A DNA stretch of 64,000 nucleotides from Amoebidium appalachense (lineage: Eukaryota > Protista > Ichthyosporea). Both the position numbers and the translations under genes were made by a program. The notes beneath the pieces were generated by a model, which saw only the letters and a program-made list of their open reading frames with translations, searched no databases and was not told the origin of the DNA. Location of the stretch: NCBI GenBank assembly GCA_963693365.1, contig CAVNZM010000016.1:2529984-2593983 (forward strand), in the 5' to 3' direction. Shown piece by piece: positions 38,929 through 52,750 of this stretch (position 1 is its first letter; every line of letters starts with the position of its first letter).

Positions 38929-39421
38929 TGAGGGTGAGAGAGAGATGGATAGGGGGGAGGGAGGGAGAAAGAGAGAGACAGAGAGAGAGAGAGAGATCTA
39001 GAGGCGTAGCGACTCAGTGAGAGAGCTTTGTTCGACTGGCAGCCTGCATCTATGCACAGTACACCGACAAAACATATAAATCCGCAGCCTACACGAACCA
39101 AATGCTAAAAAAAAAAAAGCAGATTTCTAGATGCATCTGTTTTTTCCACGTGCACCCGTGATACTGTGGATGCCACCGGAAGATTCGCGCACACAGTTGG
39201 CCATGGGCAACGCAGCATGCAGTCGCAGGTGTGCAATTGTTTACTTTATACAGATGACTCAAGACCATACAACCAATAGGAATAGAGAATAGTACACCAT
39301 ATATGGGTGACCTAAAGTTTTTGCTCATCTTTACCTTCCATATATGGGTTTGAATTTTAGGAATCCAATTGGAGTCGACTGTGATCCGCGTATCAAATTT
39401 TGGCGCCTAGATTTAGAATCG

Positions 39422-39449
39422 GGGGTTTACGCTGTTTACTCGATGCAAA
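39422..39449 (+). promoter_or_regulatory. 28-bp shared motif, copy 1 (GGGGTTTACGCTGTTTACTCGATGCAAA)
   Basis: One mismatch relative to the copies at 44889 and 56045. Confidence 0.5.
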
Positions 39450-40072
39450 GCGGAAAAGACCATTACCAGGAAAAAAAAACAGAATAGAATTCGAGACAAA
39501 CTAATAATTTACTATCAAAATTCTACAGAGAGAAATCATTGCATTTCTGGGCACTAATATCGACTATAAAGACAAAAACAGAGAAGGAGAATTCGGTGTG
39601 CCTCAAAAATGTTAATCAAATGCTGACAGATTCTTGGGTAGCGCGGACATCTAGTTGCTGTGATACACACCCAATGAGTGCACCGTATTTTCTTGTTCGT
39701 GGAAATATTTAAAGCGCTTGAAGTTGCGCACCAGATGATGAGCAGTGTCCGGAGGGTTGCCGCTTGTATGTTTGTTTTTGTTTTTGTTTTCCACACACAA
39801 AAATAATGCCCCTCTAACACACCATCACCCTCCCCTTGTCTCTCTGCTAGATGTGAAGACCGAACATGTTTTCTGTATTCTAATCACGGTTTTAGCTACC
39901 GTCAGAGAAGGGTTTTTGGGTCTGTTGTCTTCTAAATTCTTCATTCATTCTTCGCCCCTTTTTTATCCAGTTCGACGAATTTCAGGTTAACAGCACACTG
40001 TCACACACACTTTAGTAACTGGGCCAAGGCAAAAACATTAGACCAATCTGTCACACACCAAAAAAACCAAAA

Positions 40073-40558
40073 ATGAAGCTCTCTTTTCTTGCTTGTTTCG
40101 CATTTTCCCTTCAAGCAGCACAAAACTTCTCATACGCCCTTCGTCTCGAGCCCCGTGCGCCCACACAGATTGAAGAAGCAAACGAACCCGAACCCACACC
40201 CAGCCTGAACTCTGACGCTATTCCTTACAACATGGAACAAGAACGCACTCTCGCTCTCGGAACTTTTGCTCGTGCTGTAGTCCCCGTTTCTCCGAGCGAA
40301 GAGGAGGAAAAAAGCAGATACATACGGCCCGGGCGCGAAGCAGGTTTCTTTGACGGGGAACTGTATGGAGGAGGGGCACACGGGCACAAGGCAGCGACCA
40401 AATATTACCACCAAAGCCCGCAGTATGCACCGGGGGGGATGCATGGGGAGGGGTATTACCCAGCAACGGAGGAGATGGTGTTGGGTGGGGTTGTGCTCGG
40501 CGGCATTTTGTATGGTGCAAGGAGGATGTTGCACAAGGGGAGGAGGGGTGGGTGGTGA
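40073..40558 (+). CDS. Single-exon 161-aa orphan; likely signal peptide plus C-terminal transmembrane helix and basic tail (type I membrane protein)
   Basis: CAAAAATG start after an A-rich leader; hydrophobic N-terminus MKLSFLACFAFSLQAA; TM-like MVLGGVVLGGILYGA followed by RRMLHKGRR. Confidence 0.75.
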   Translation: MKLSFLACFAFSLQAAQNFSYALRLEPRAPTQIEEANEPEPTPSLNSDAIPYNMEQERTLALGTFARAVVPVSPSEEEEKSRYIRPGREAGFFDGELYGGGAHGHKAATKYYHQSPQYAPGGMHGEGYYPATEEMVLGGVVLGGILYGARRMLHKGRRGGW

Positions 40559-40976
40559 ATGAAAAGGAAAAGGAGGAGGGGTGGGATATGATCTGGGTGT
40601 TCTATGATTGGGAAATTTTTAAATTTATATAGTGTGTGAAGGTTTAAAGAATGTGATTCAGGCATCCGACACCGACACGTGGTCACACATCCAAATATGC
40701 ATGCATGACTGTTCTTTGGTATCTACAGGTATGCGTCTATCCACCACCCTCACCTGAAGTCCATGAAGTTTTTCGACGAATACAAGGACACACACATACA
40801 GACACACACAGGTTACACAGCACACACATGGAAACATGCACACTTGCACACACACATGGGTATATATAAACTCGTTTGCAAGAATGTCATGTATACGTGC
40901 ACATACATGATGCACGCTGTAACGCACGCATACACAGACAAAGGCACAACACACACACACACACGCACACACGGGC

Positions 40977-41044
<68 letters not shown>

Positions 41045-42231
41045 CGTCTGTGTGCTTTCTGACAACACATTTTTAAAGTTTTGCTTTTTAGTAAAATTCT
41101 GTTTCCGGTGGTTTAAGACTGCCGCCTAATTTGACGACTGCATATCCTTTAGAGTCTAATATTGGATATGCACAACTACTCATGTAACTTAAGTCCTTTC
41201 CCTATTGAACTGCCTGTTTTTTTTTTTTGGTTCTTTTTGGTAAGCTTTTTCTCTTTCGTCTGTCTGGTGAAATGAAAACCCCGGGTAGGAGTCGTTTTCC
41301 CATGCTTGTGAATATAGAACCCCACGGTGTCGTTAGGAACCTCGTGGCTTCTTTCCTGTAATTTTGAATCACTTTTCAGTGTTCCTTATTTATATCCCTG
41401 CCAATAGCAAGGGCTTGTTAAAATTATTCTAAATATATGCACGTGTTTTGAATGTGAAACCTGCTATATTTTTGGTGATCCTAATGTTAAAAAGGGTCGG
41501 ATTGAGGGTACCTCTGTGACTGCACCCCAATCTTTTTTTGAAAAATCAAAGCCTTTTGGTGCCACGCCTCCCCACTCCCTCCCTCCTCACCCCCCCCCCC
41601 CCCCCTCCCCCCCCCCCCCCCCCTCCCCCCCTTCCTCTCCTCCCCCTCCCCCCGCCCCCCTCCCCCCGGCCCCCGGCCCATACACATGCACACACAATTC
41701 CCGCCGTCTCTCCTCCCTTCCCCCTGCTGTTTGTTGCCTTTCACCTTCATCCTCCCTCCCCACCTTTCCCCCCAAACACACACACACGTCCGCACATGTG
41801 GGTGTAATAGTATTTCAAGTAACCCCAAAGGCACAGGGCGGGTTGGTGCAATGATAAGATCGCTGCGTGTCAAGCTCCGAGTCGCAGGAAACGATCCTGC
41901 TTACTTCCGATTTTTGTCTGCTCGACGGTCCACCAGTCTGGCCGCCCCCTATAAGCCATCACCCCAGACCACGTCAAGCAGCACCACCAAAGTTTGTTAT
42001 CATCCGGCCGCAAGACATGACGTCATGAACAGCACCGCCCTCTGACGTCGACGGCGCGCCGCTTGGGCATCCCGGCCCAACGTTCAAGTGGGAGACCAAT
42101 CCGAGTCACCGGCCACGGTTCGGGTCAGCGTCCTGGGCATGGGGTTTTCCCTTTCAAGTCTTTATGTTTGTGTATGTGTCCCGGGTCGCTCCCGGCTGGT
42201 GTTGTTAAAGTGAGCTGTGCTCACTTCCCCA

Positions 42232-42304
42232 CTAATTGACCCCAACTGGCACTATTTTTAGTTACTCCTTATAACTAAAAATAGTGCCAGTTGGGGTCAA
42301 TTAG
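42232..42304. repeat. Perfect 33-bp inverted repeat with a 7-nt loop
   Basis: CTAATTGACCCCAACTGGCACTATTTTTAGTTA-ctcctta-TAACTAAAAATAGTGCCAGTTGGGGTCAATTAG. Confidence 0.95.
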
Positions 42305-42488
42305 AATCCTGACTTATGAGTGTGCTATACAGATCTGTGTCTAGGCGGAAGACGGTAAGCTCCCCTGAGGCAGAGCCTCGCCGGGAGTGAAACGGGAAAA
42401 AATAAAAAAATAAAATAAAAAATAAATAAAATAAAAAACTCAAAGGCACACGAAAACAAAGAGGTAGATCTAGAGCCCCATCGAGGAC

Positions 42489-42621
<133 letters not shown>

Positions 42622-43387
42622 GCACCCACACACAACCAGCATGCCCCCATCACAAACCACACCATCATGTGACTGACACCCCATACCCACCGTAAACACC
42701 ACGAACACTACGCCATATGTTCCACCGTAGATGAGCCAATCAGGGCCCGTGATTAAGGCTTAAAGTTTGATCGTAGGTTTTGAGTGGAGGGAAAGCTTGG
42801 TGCTACCCCGCCGGCGAGGCTGGGGTGAAAACCCTTGGGCTAAGTGTGTACGCATAGTTAGGATTAAGAATCGTTTTTTATCTTAGCTGATGGCACCAGA
42901 GCACCCTAGCTAGAGTATAGTCGGTGCTGGGTGGAAGATGGCTATAGCCTTAAGTTACCTCTGAGGGGCCCTGAGTCACCCTCCGGAAGCAAAACGGGAT
43001 AAAATTAGGAAATCGTGTACAAACATGGATGCACACCCTCCCGATATCGCTCAACGATCTGGTGCAATTGAATAATCTCTTTATTACTCCTGTACGAAAT
43101 GCAAGGGGCCAAACAGACACATGCGCCGCGTTGGGCACATGTACACACTTTGCCTTAAGGTCTATGTCGGCATTTCTCAATTATGACGTAGTTATGACGT
43201 ATTCATAATTGCATGATGTCATTGATGATGTCACGAATTTGAGAATGGCGTCACCGGATCACGTACATGGTGGCTCACGTAGTTTCCATATATGTAATGT
43301 TCGTTTTAGGAAAGTCCGAACATGGCAAAAATACTACATCACAATCGAGAAATGCCGACATAGTCGTTAGCAGTCAGACTCTGTCTC

Positions 43388-43423
<36 letters not shown>

Positions 43424-43701
43424 TCCCTCCCCTCCCTCCCTCCCTCCCTCCCTCTCTCCCTCCCCCGGCCCCCCTCCCTCCCTCCTCGCCTCATCCTCCT
43501 CCTCCCCCTTTTTCTGACAACAAATATATACAAGTACACCAGTTTGCACTTTCTCTCTCTCTCTCCCACACCCTCTTTCTCTCCCCCCCCACACCCCCTT
43601 CTTTCTCTCTCTCTCTTTCTCTCTCATGGGACCCCCCCCCCCCTCCCCCCCCGCCCATCTCTCCCCTCCCCCCCCCCCCCCCCCCCTTCTCTCCCATCCC
43701 C

Positions 43702-43732
<31 letters not shown>

Positions 43733-44460
43733 GGCTCTCTCTCCCACCCCCCTTCAACATCTTTCCCCCCTTTCTACCCCCCCCCCCCCCCCCCATCTCT
43801 TGCTCTCCCTCTCCCCTTGCCCTCTTATCATTTATAATATCTCTTTTTCGCGTTGCCAAGTTGGGTTCCCCGGGTCCCAGCCCAAAGTCACACCTGTGCA
43901 CCCGCTGCAAGAAAACTCACCAAAGCATACTAGCAACCCCGAAGGGGTCTAATAGAGAGAACAATCATTTCCCCCGATGTGTACGACCAGAAAAGGATGA
44001 GGTGCCAACGATAGATAGTGTATAGAGTAGTAGTAAAGCGTGTGTAGTACATATCCCATACCTGTAAACCCACAGAAAACTGCTTACACTGGCACCAACG
44101 CCGGATACTAGTGTGAGTGAAAAAGAGATCCCACACTAGATTGCTTCATCTCCAGGAAAGACGAGCAGTTATGGTCGATCGAGAGACTTTTCTTTCCTTC
44201 TTTCAATTACTTTGTAAATAAATGTGTGGCAAGGTGGGTGGGTAGGTACCACTGCATGGGTGGGTGGGTGGGGGGGGGGGGGGGGGGGGGGGGGAAGGAG
44301 AGGTGATCGAAGAGGGGGGGGGGGGGGAGGGGGAGGGGGGTGGGTGGGAGGGGGGGGGCGGAAGGGAGGGGAGAAGCCTTAGGCGGTTTGAGAAAGGGGG
44401 GAGGGGGGAGGAGGGTTGTGAGATGGGGGCCGGGGGCCGGGGGGGGGTGGGGCCGGTGGG

Positions 44461-44500
<40 letters not shown>

Positions 44501-44888
44501 GGGCCCGGGGGGAGGGGAGGGCAAAAGGGATCCAGGGGAGAAGAAGTCTTAGGCGGTTGAGAGAGGGGGGAGGGGGGGACAAGGGTTCGGGAGGGGGGGG
44601 AGGGGAAGTTGGGAGGACAGATCAGTTAAGGGTTTCAAGAGAAAACACGCGTTTATATGGGCACGTGTATGGCGCACGTTTCTATAAACCTCGGCGGCGG
44701 TTGTGGGTCCGTGGATGCCCAGCGAAGATTTTGAATCTAGAAATCTCCAGGGATCCAATCAAATGACTTTAAGAACTTATCTATATCCACCAACCCGCTT
44801 GCCTCACGCCCTACCATAAAAAGTAGAATCATATTGATGCTGACCATTCCGTTGCTAAAACATGATCGCCCATAACACATATCGCTTT

Positions 44889-44916
44889 GGGGTTTACGCT
44901 GTTTACTCGAGGCAAA
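44889..44916 (+). promoter_or_regulatory. 28-bp shared motif, copy 2 (GGGGTTTACGCTGTTTACTCGAGGCAAA)
   Basis: Identical to 56045-56072. Confidence 0.5.
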
Positions 44917-45282
44917 ACTTTTTTCAACCCAAAAGTCTCTGCTTCTGTATTCGAATTTATACATGTAGTTTTATATTAAATCTGCTTGTACAAGTGTTAT
45001 CTCCGTTCTCATGCCTCCCAGGCGGCAAGCGGAAGCACGGTACCGTCCGCGGTTGCGTGAGCTGCGGCGCCAGCTGAGAGCGGCAGGCCGCGGCAGGGCT
45101 CGAACTCAGCCCTTCATAGTGTTTCACTTATGCAGATATAAATATCATTTATGCTAAAAACTTTTAGCTACGCTAATATATTCTCACTATATGCATGGGT
45201 ATTGAGGGTTTTCTCCTATGGATATATTGTTGCAACGCCCTCAAGGAGCCCACACGCCACGGCCCCTGCGGCGCCACAACCC

Positions 45283-45319
<37 letters not shown>

Positions 45320-45776
45320 ACTAAAGAATTTTTCGAGCAGTCTAGTGCTACATAGTGATTGGTTGCCTCCTAGGCGGATAGAAAATAGTAGAATGACCAA
45401 TGGAGACGTTGCTCCAAATGCTTATGTGACATTAGAGGCAACAGTTTTTAACAAGGCATTAAATGTCTATGTTAGAGTTTAATAAGATGATGACTATATT
45501 TGATTGGTATATGGACCAAGTAAATTTGGCTCATATGACTGGCGCCAACAAGAACCTGTGTGCTGGTCTTTGCTGGCGCCATATAAAAACTTTTTCCCGC
45601 CAGAACCCCTTCATTCTGACAAGCAAGTCAATGTATGCATAATCGAAAAGCGAACAGAAAAACCACAAAAGGCTCTCTTATTCGCGACAAAAATCGTCGT
45701 TCTGTGCTCTTCTTCTTCACGTCAAAGAAAGAAACAATATCTTCAAGCCTCAAATCAACACAAAAGCTCAACAAAA

Positions 45777-46208
45777 ATGGCCTCCGTTCTCGCTACCACC
45801 GTCCTTTCTTCTCTCCCCGCCGCCACCCGCACGCTCACAACAGCAACAACGAGCATGCTTGGCCTTCGTCTCTACCACAACTTCACCTCCGCAAAACGCA
45901 ACTTCAACACGCAGGCCACACAAACCCCCACCACCCGCCGCGCCGTTTTTCCGGACACAAACACCAACGTTTTGACCAAAACTGAAATGCACTACACGCC
46001 CAACCTCGGCCCCCCTGTGGCCCAGCCGTCCCCATATGGCCGCACTTGCGCCAAAACGCTCGGAAGTGCAATGCGTAGGTGGCCCCAAGTGAGTGGGTTG
46101 GAGGTGGAGGAGATGGGGTATAAGTGGCCCGTTGTGCCTGTGCATGCAAAGGTGGCCGGAAATGCAGTGCAGGCACACGAGGTGCTGCTGGTGAAAATGA
46201 ACTTGTGA
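45777..46208 (+). CDS. Single-exon 143-aa orphan, possibly mitochondrion-targeted
   Basis: CAAAAATG start; N-terminus rich in A/T/S/L/R and lacking acidic residues (MASVLATTVLSSLPAATRTLTTATTSMLGLRLYHNF); TATAAAA at ~45582. Confidence 0.7.
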   Translation: MASVLATTVLSSLPAATRTLTTATTSMLGLRLYHNFTSAKRNFNTQATQTPTTRRAVFPDTNTNVLTKTEMHYTPNLGPPVAQPSPYGRTCAKTLGSAMRRWPQVSGLEVEEMGYKWPVVPVHAKVAGNAVQAHEVLLVKMNL

Positions 46209-46265
46209 TATTAAAAAGCCGGAAGTACTGAAAAAGTAGGAATATGGAGTAGTAGGCACGTGTGT

Positions 46266-46348
<83 letters not shown>

Positions 46349-46763
46349 GTGTGTGTACGTGCCGAGTTGACATGTGGCCCTGCCATGAAATCGTAGCACC
46401 GTTAAGGCGCCTTAAATTCACTTGCACGATTATGAATGCTGTTTACATTAAGTAAATAGTGAAGTAAAGAAACCCTTTTTTGGCTCTGTTTGAGTCTAGT
46501 TGACGTATTTTTATGCTTCGAAAGTTTGAAGTTCCGTATTTTAAACACGTATGTAGTAACTTGATACGTTCTGAAGCTGCACTTAAGTCCAACTGTGTCT
46601 GGAAACCCGTTGAGCGGCCCACACACATATTCAAGCGTAAAAGTACATTATCATATTATTTAAATTTGCCTGGTATGCATATTAAAATACAGGCTGAACA
46701 TACAAACTCGTACTCAGCGACATGAGTGCCTTGTGCGAGTGTGGCAATGCGTGTGTGCGTGTG

Positions 46764-46810
<47 letters not shown>

Positions 46811-46858
46811 GCGTGTGCATGTGCGAGTGTGAGTGTGCGTGCGTGTACGTGCGTGCGC

Positions 46859-46932
<74 letters not shown>

Positions 46933-46940
46933 ACTACTGC

Positions 46941-46985
<45 letters not shown>

Positions 46986-47794
46986 GTGTGTGTGTGTGTA
47001 ATAGTTTGTGTTGTCTACCACTCTGTCTGCGTGTATGCACAGTCACTGTGTGTGTGGGCGTGCCTACATAAGATTGTCACCTGTGTGCCTGTTGGCTACC
47101 GTACTTTGCGCAGTGTGTGTTTCATGTGTGCAGGTTTGTGTGGACGTGTGGCGCCTGTGAGCGTTCGAGTGTGGCGGGTGTGTGTGTAACCTACTTGCGT
47201 CCAAAATTACACGTCATATACACGTACAAGATTATACATATGCAATCTCTATTTGCTTTCCCCGCACAATTGCAATCACCACATTTTTCGCTCTCTAATT
47301 AACGTATAGTCGACACATACTGTTACATTATAAGCGAGTGTCCAAGCTTTCATACACACATAGAAACATGCATAAAATTTAAGGTGTTTGTGACGTGTAT
47401 GCATACGGGTGGGCGGTATACCTCTGGCCATGGATAATACACACCTCTTGGCTCAGTCATGAACGACATTTCATGGGTTATTTATTTGCATCCCATGTGT
47501 TGTAAACGTTGATTTTCACCTCTTACTCTTCATGATCAGCAGTGCAATTATGACATTATGATGGGCGCTTATTAGCGGGTTGGGATGTGGTGTATCTAAA
47601 TCTAATGGCTTATACTCTTATAGGTGCAAATCTCGTCTGCATGTCCCCCCCCCCCCCCCCCCCCCCCCCCCTCCCCCAACCCACCCACCCACCTCCCTCC
47701 CCCTTAAACTCACCAACCAAGCCACTCACACACCAACCTAAGAAAATCAACAGGGAAAAAAAAAAAAAAAGGAAACTCGCTACACAAAATCAGT

Positions 47795-47839
<45 letters not shown>

Positions 47840-47987
47840 GGGGGGGGGGGTTCCAAGAGAAAGAAGGGGGAATAAGGAGGCAAATAAAAAAAAGAAAGAA
47901 AGAAAGAAAGAACGAAAATAAAATAAAAAGAAAAGAAAGAAATACACTAAACCACAAAAAGAAAAACAAAAAAAAACCCCATCATCA

Positions 47988-48533
47988 CTAGTCGTCCCTA
48001 TGCGCTGCCAACCTACCCAACCTCTTTCGCAACTCCGCCCCTTCCACCCCCCCCAGGGGACCCTCCCCCTCCCCGCTCCCTCCCCCCTCCCCCTCCCTCT
48101 CCCCTCCCTGCATTATTGTCTCCGTCCCCTCCACCCCCACCTCTTCCTCCTCCTCCAAAATCCGTTCTCCACCCCCACCCCCTCCCCCCATACATCCCAC
48201 TACCACTACTCCCCGCCTCTCCACCGCTCTCCCTTCTAGTCTTTTCCCTTCTCGTTTCTTCCACGGATTCCACGCCGCTCTCCCCCGCGTATATCCCCCC
48301 GTCGGCAGGGTCATCCCTCACGCTCGTGTGTTGTGAAAACACAACATCATCCGTATCTAAAGTATCGCTTTCGCGAATTTTGTAAGAGGAAGAACCAGTG
48401 GAGTAATCGTTCCGACGACCAGAGAGAGGATCGTCGCGGTGGCGTGGGCGGTGGCCGCCGACACGACGAATGTATTCTTCGTCTTCGTCTTTGATGTGCA
48501 CCTGTAAAAAAACAGTGTGTGTGTGTGTGAGTT

Positions 48534-48564
<31 letters not shown>

Positions 48565-48957
48565 AGGGGGGGGGGGGGGGGGGGGGGGGGGGAAGGGGGG
48601 GGGGGGAGGTAGTAGGGGCGGTGGTGGTGGTATGGGGGGGGGGGGGGGGGGGGGGAAGCCACGTGATAAGAGGGAAGAGAGGGACAGGGAGGGTAATTGG
48701 AAAGGGGAAAAGGGGGTGGGGGGGGTGCGCGGGGGGGGGGGGGAAGGGAAGGGGGGAAGGGGGGGGGGGGGGGAGGGGGGATCGGTTAGTGAGAGCCAAG
48801 AGTACTGTGAACACCTTCGTCTCAGCACAGTGATATTCACGCTTCCTTTTTCTCCCTTCTCCTTCTTCTTCTTCTTCTTCTTTTTTTTTTTTTTTTGGGG
48901 GGGGGGGGGAGGGAGAAGGAGGGGGGAGAGACCGGGTGGGGCGGGGGGAGAGGCAAA

Positions 48958-48991
<34 letters not shown>

Positions 48992-49193
48992 GGGGTGTAA
49001 GGGATGTGTAGGAGAGTACAAAGCACACATCCACGAAAGACAACACAATGCAGATATCGACAAACGAAGAGAATGCATAACAAGTAAAGCCCATCTTCGA
49101 ATGGCGTCAACTCTTCCAAGATACCCTAGTGTCGACTCGTTCACCCCTGGCATGCAAGACCCAATTCATACACTAGTAGTGGTGGTGGTGGCC

Positions 49194-49229
<36 letters not shown>

Positions 49230-49366
49230 GTGGGGTGGGGGTGTGTGTGTGTGTGTGTGTGTGTGTGGGGGGGGGGGGGGGATTAAGTGCGCAACAAACT
49301 ACTGCCTTGCAAATTACAACGTAAATACTACGACGGATAACACAATGCAGATTGCAAAGGGGGCGT

Positions 49367-49409
<43 letters not shown>

Positions 49410-49703
49410 AAAATACAAGATACACATTCATAACGCACGGCATTGCAGATTGCAAAAAGGGGGGAGGGGCGGGGATAGCAGATGTGTTACAGAGCATGAG
49501 GTACATATTGATGACGGACAACACACAATACACACGGGGAGAAAGGGGGAGGCGGGGCTGGCGGGCCAGGGGGGGAGGGAGGGAGAGGGGGGGAGGGGGG
49601 GGGGGGGGGGGGGGTTATCGGAGAGACCGACAGTCAAGTGGGGGCAATGGTGTGAAACGGAAGAGAAGGACGCAGAGGAGAAAGGGAAGAAGTAAGGTCC
49701 GGG

Positions 49704-49780
<77 letters not shown>

Positions 49781-50508
49781 TTGGAAGGGGGGGAAGGGGG
49801 GGGGGGGGGGGGGGGGGGAGAAGGGTTAATGTATACCTGGAAGTAGTATATGAGATAGAGGGCCAGATAGAACACAGCCTGGGCAGAAAAGAACACACCC
49901 ACAAAGGTTAACCCTGCAAGCTCAGGGTACCAGTAGAGGAAGGCTCGAAGGCCGGTGAAGTGCGCGTCAAAGTGGAGAGTGGCACCGTACATCTGCAAGT
50001 GGGTTAAACGGTAAGATTTTCTCACTTTAAAATGGAACTTTAAAGCTTATAAAAAAAAGACTTTCTAGTGGCCGCATAAATCTGCAATGGTTCAAACGTA
50101 AGATTATGAACCGTTTTCATATAAAACTTTTTTAAATGCTTTTTAAAGAAATACTTTCAGTGGCCCCGTACCTGTGCAACGTGTTAAAAAAATGTTAATA
50201 TAATAAACTCTATAAATAAAAAGGAAACCTTTTCAGTGGCCCTGTACATCTGCAATGTTAAGATTATGACACTTCTTATAAAAAACCTTTTCCGTGGTCC
50301 CCGTACATCCAGTGGGTTACATTTTTAGATTATAAAACCATCTAAAAAACTTTTTAGTGCCTGGAAAAGGCATTGAATGGACGATAAAAGTGAGTGCACT
50401 GCACACATCCACATGCTTGTCCCTTCTCCCTCTTTCATTCATACACTGTCTACAAAGCCACTCCCCCCCACCCCCCTCCCCCCCCCCCCCCCCCCCCCCC
50501 CTCCCCCC

Positions 50509-50560
<52 letters not shown>

Positions 50561-50756
50561 ACACACACACACCCCTACACAAAAACACCAACACCCGTTT
50601 TGGCAACTCCAAAACAATAGGAAGAGCTGACACCATGTGCACACCAACCTGCACAGGCCTGGTGATGGTAGCCCCACCCCCCCCCCCCCCCCCCCCGCGC
50701 CCGCCCGCGCCCGCCCCCCTCCCCCCCCACCACTTCCCCATCTCCCACTCACCCAT

Positions 50757-50790
<34 letters not shown>

Positions 50791-52187
50791 AACCAACCAA
50801 CCAATTTTCAAATACAGCCCACCAACATTGCCAGCTCACTCACTAAACTAAACCAAAAAAAAAAAAAAAAAAAAAAAACCCACCTGCACAGGCTTTGAAA
50901 GCCTGACAGTTGCCAAACTAACTGGGTGTGCGGCATTGTCATAAAAGTCTTCAAACATGAACACACGCAGCGTCTGTTTCTCCTCCATGAACCCCAACAG
51001 GTACAATGGGGAGTAGGCTACTGTCCAGAGGGTGCGAAGGAGCCACGACCTGTGTGTGTGTGTGTGTGTGTGTGTGAGGGGGGGGGGGGGGGGGGGGAGA
51101 GGGAGGGGGGGAGGGGGGGGCGGGAAGGGGCAGGGGGGCGAAGAGGGGAAGGGGGGGGGGGGGGGGGGGGAGTGGGCGGGGAGGGGAGGGTGGGGGGGGG
51201 GGGAGGGGGGGGGAAGGGGGGGAGCAGGGGAAGGGAGTTAGGGAGAAATAGTGTGTGTGTGTGTGTGTGTGTGTTTGGGTATGCATGAATGTGTGTGTGT
51301 GTGTGCGTGTGTGCTGGGATTGAGTGTTTGTGTGTGCCAGTATGTGTGCTTGTCGGTGTAGTTGGAAGGGGCGGAGGCGGATGCAGGGGGAGGGAGGGGG
51401 GGGGTACGTGAGGAAATGGTGAAGTGATTGGGAGAGGGGGTTGAGGGTGGGTGTGTGGGTGTGCGGGGGGAGGGGGGGGGGAGGAAGAAGAACTCAAGGT
51501 TAGTGGACGAACTAAACTGACCGATCACGGCATTTGCAGGCACTACTCACAAGCCTACTCCCCTCACATCAACCACCCATCCACCTCCACCCATCCACAC
51601 CCACCCATTTATCCCACACAACATTCTTTCGCTTCTTGAAGGCAGCCCCCCCCCCCCCCCCCCCACACACACACACGCACACACACGCACACACACGCAC
51701 ATACATATCCATTCACTTGCCCATCCCCACACCTTCAACCGACGCCGTCACTTACCCCCTCCCCCCCCCCCCCCCCCCCCCTTGTCTCTCCCCTCCCCTC
51801 CCCTCCCCTTTATATTCACGTGCACCTCAGGCTTTCCCTCAACCTACGTAAACCCAGCATCCAGTCACACCACCTACCTACCCCCCCCCCCCAACACTCG
51901 TGCACTCTACCCACGTAAACACCCACACACAGTTCGACATAGAAAGATGCCCCCCTCCTACAGACACACGAACACACATACACAACCCACTCGAAGCCTA
52001 CCCCCCCCCCCCCCCCCCCCCACCACCACCATCATCATCCCCTTCCCCTCCACACGCACCTGTATTTTAACATATAACTCCTCTTACTCTCCACCAAAAT
52101 CTTTCTGTCCTCCCTTCCCCCCCCCCCCCCCCCCCCCTTTCCCCTAATCCCCCTCAATACACCCCACACAACCCCACAAAGCGCTCC

Positions 52188-52220
<33 letters not shown>

Positions 52221-52567
52221 TCATATCCACTCTCCCAATGCCCAAAACAACCACCCCCCCCCCCCCCCCCTTCCCCCCCTACACATACCAATATCTCAGC
52301 ATACAAATCCTCTTATTCTCCACCACAGCCGTTATTTCCTCCCTTCCTCCCCCCCCCCCCCCCCCCCCCCCCCGTCTTCCCCACCTCCTCCACCTCCCCC
52401 CCCCCCCCCCCCCCCGGTACCCTCCCCACCTCCCCCCCCCTTCCCCCACCCCACCCACACACGCAGCTATATCTCAGTATGCATTTCCTTTTAATCTCCA
52501 CCACAGCCGTTCTATCATCACTCTCCAACCCCCCCCCCCCCCCACCCACCCACACACACACATACCC

Positions 52568-52598
<31 letters not shown>

Positions 52599-52714
52599 AC
52601 TCACACACACACCTCCCCTACCCCCATCCCCCTCTCCCCCTCCACCCACGCACCTGTATCTCAGCATGCAACTCCTCTTACTCTCCACCACGGCCGTCCT
52701 ATCCTCACTCTCCC

Positions 52715-52750
<36 letters not shown>

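Noticed and set aside
39005-39110. Short coding-looking island (ESFVRLAACIYAQYTDKTYKSAAY)
   Set aside because: Could not be linked by consistent splice sites to any gene model.
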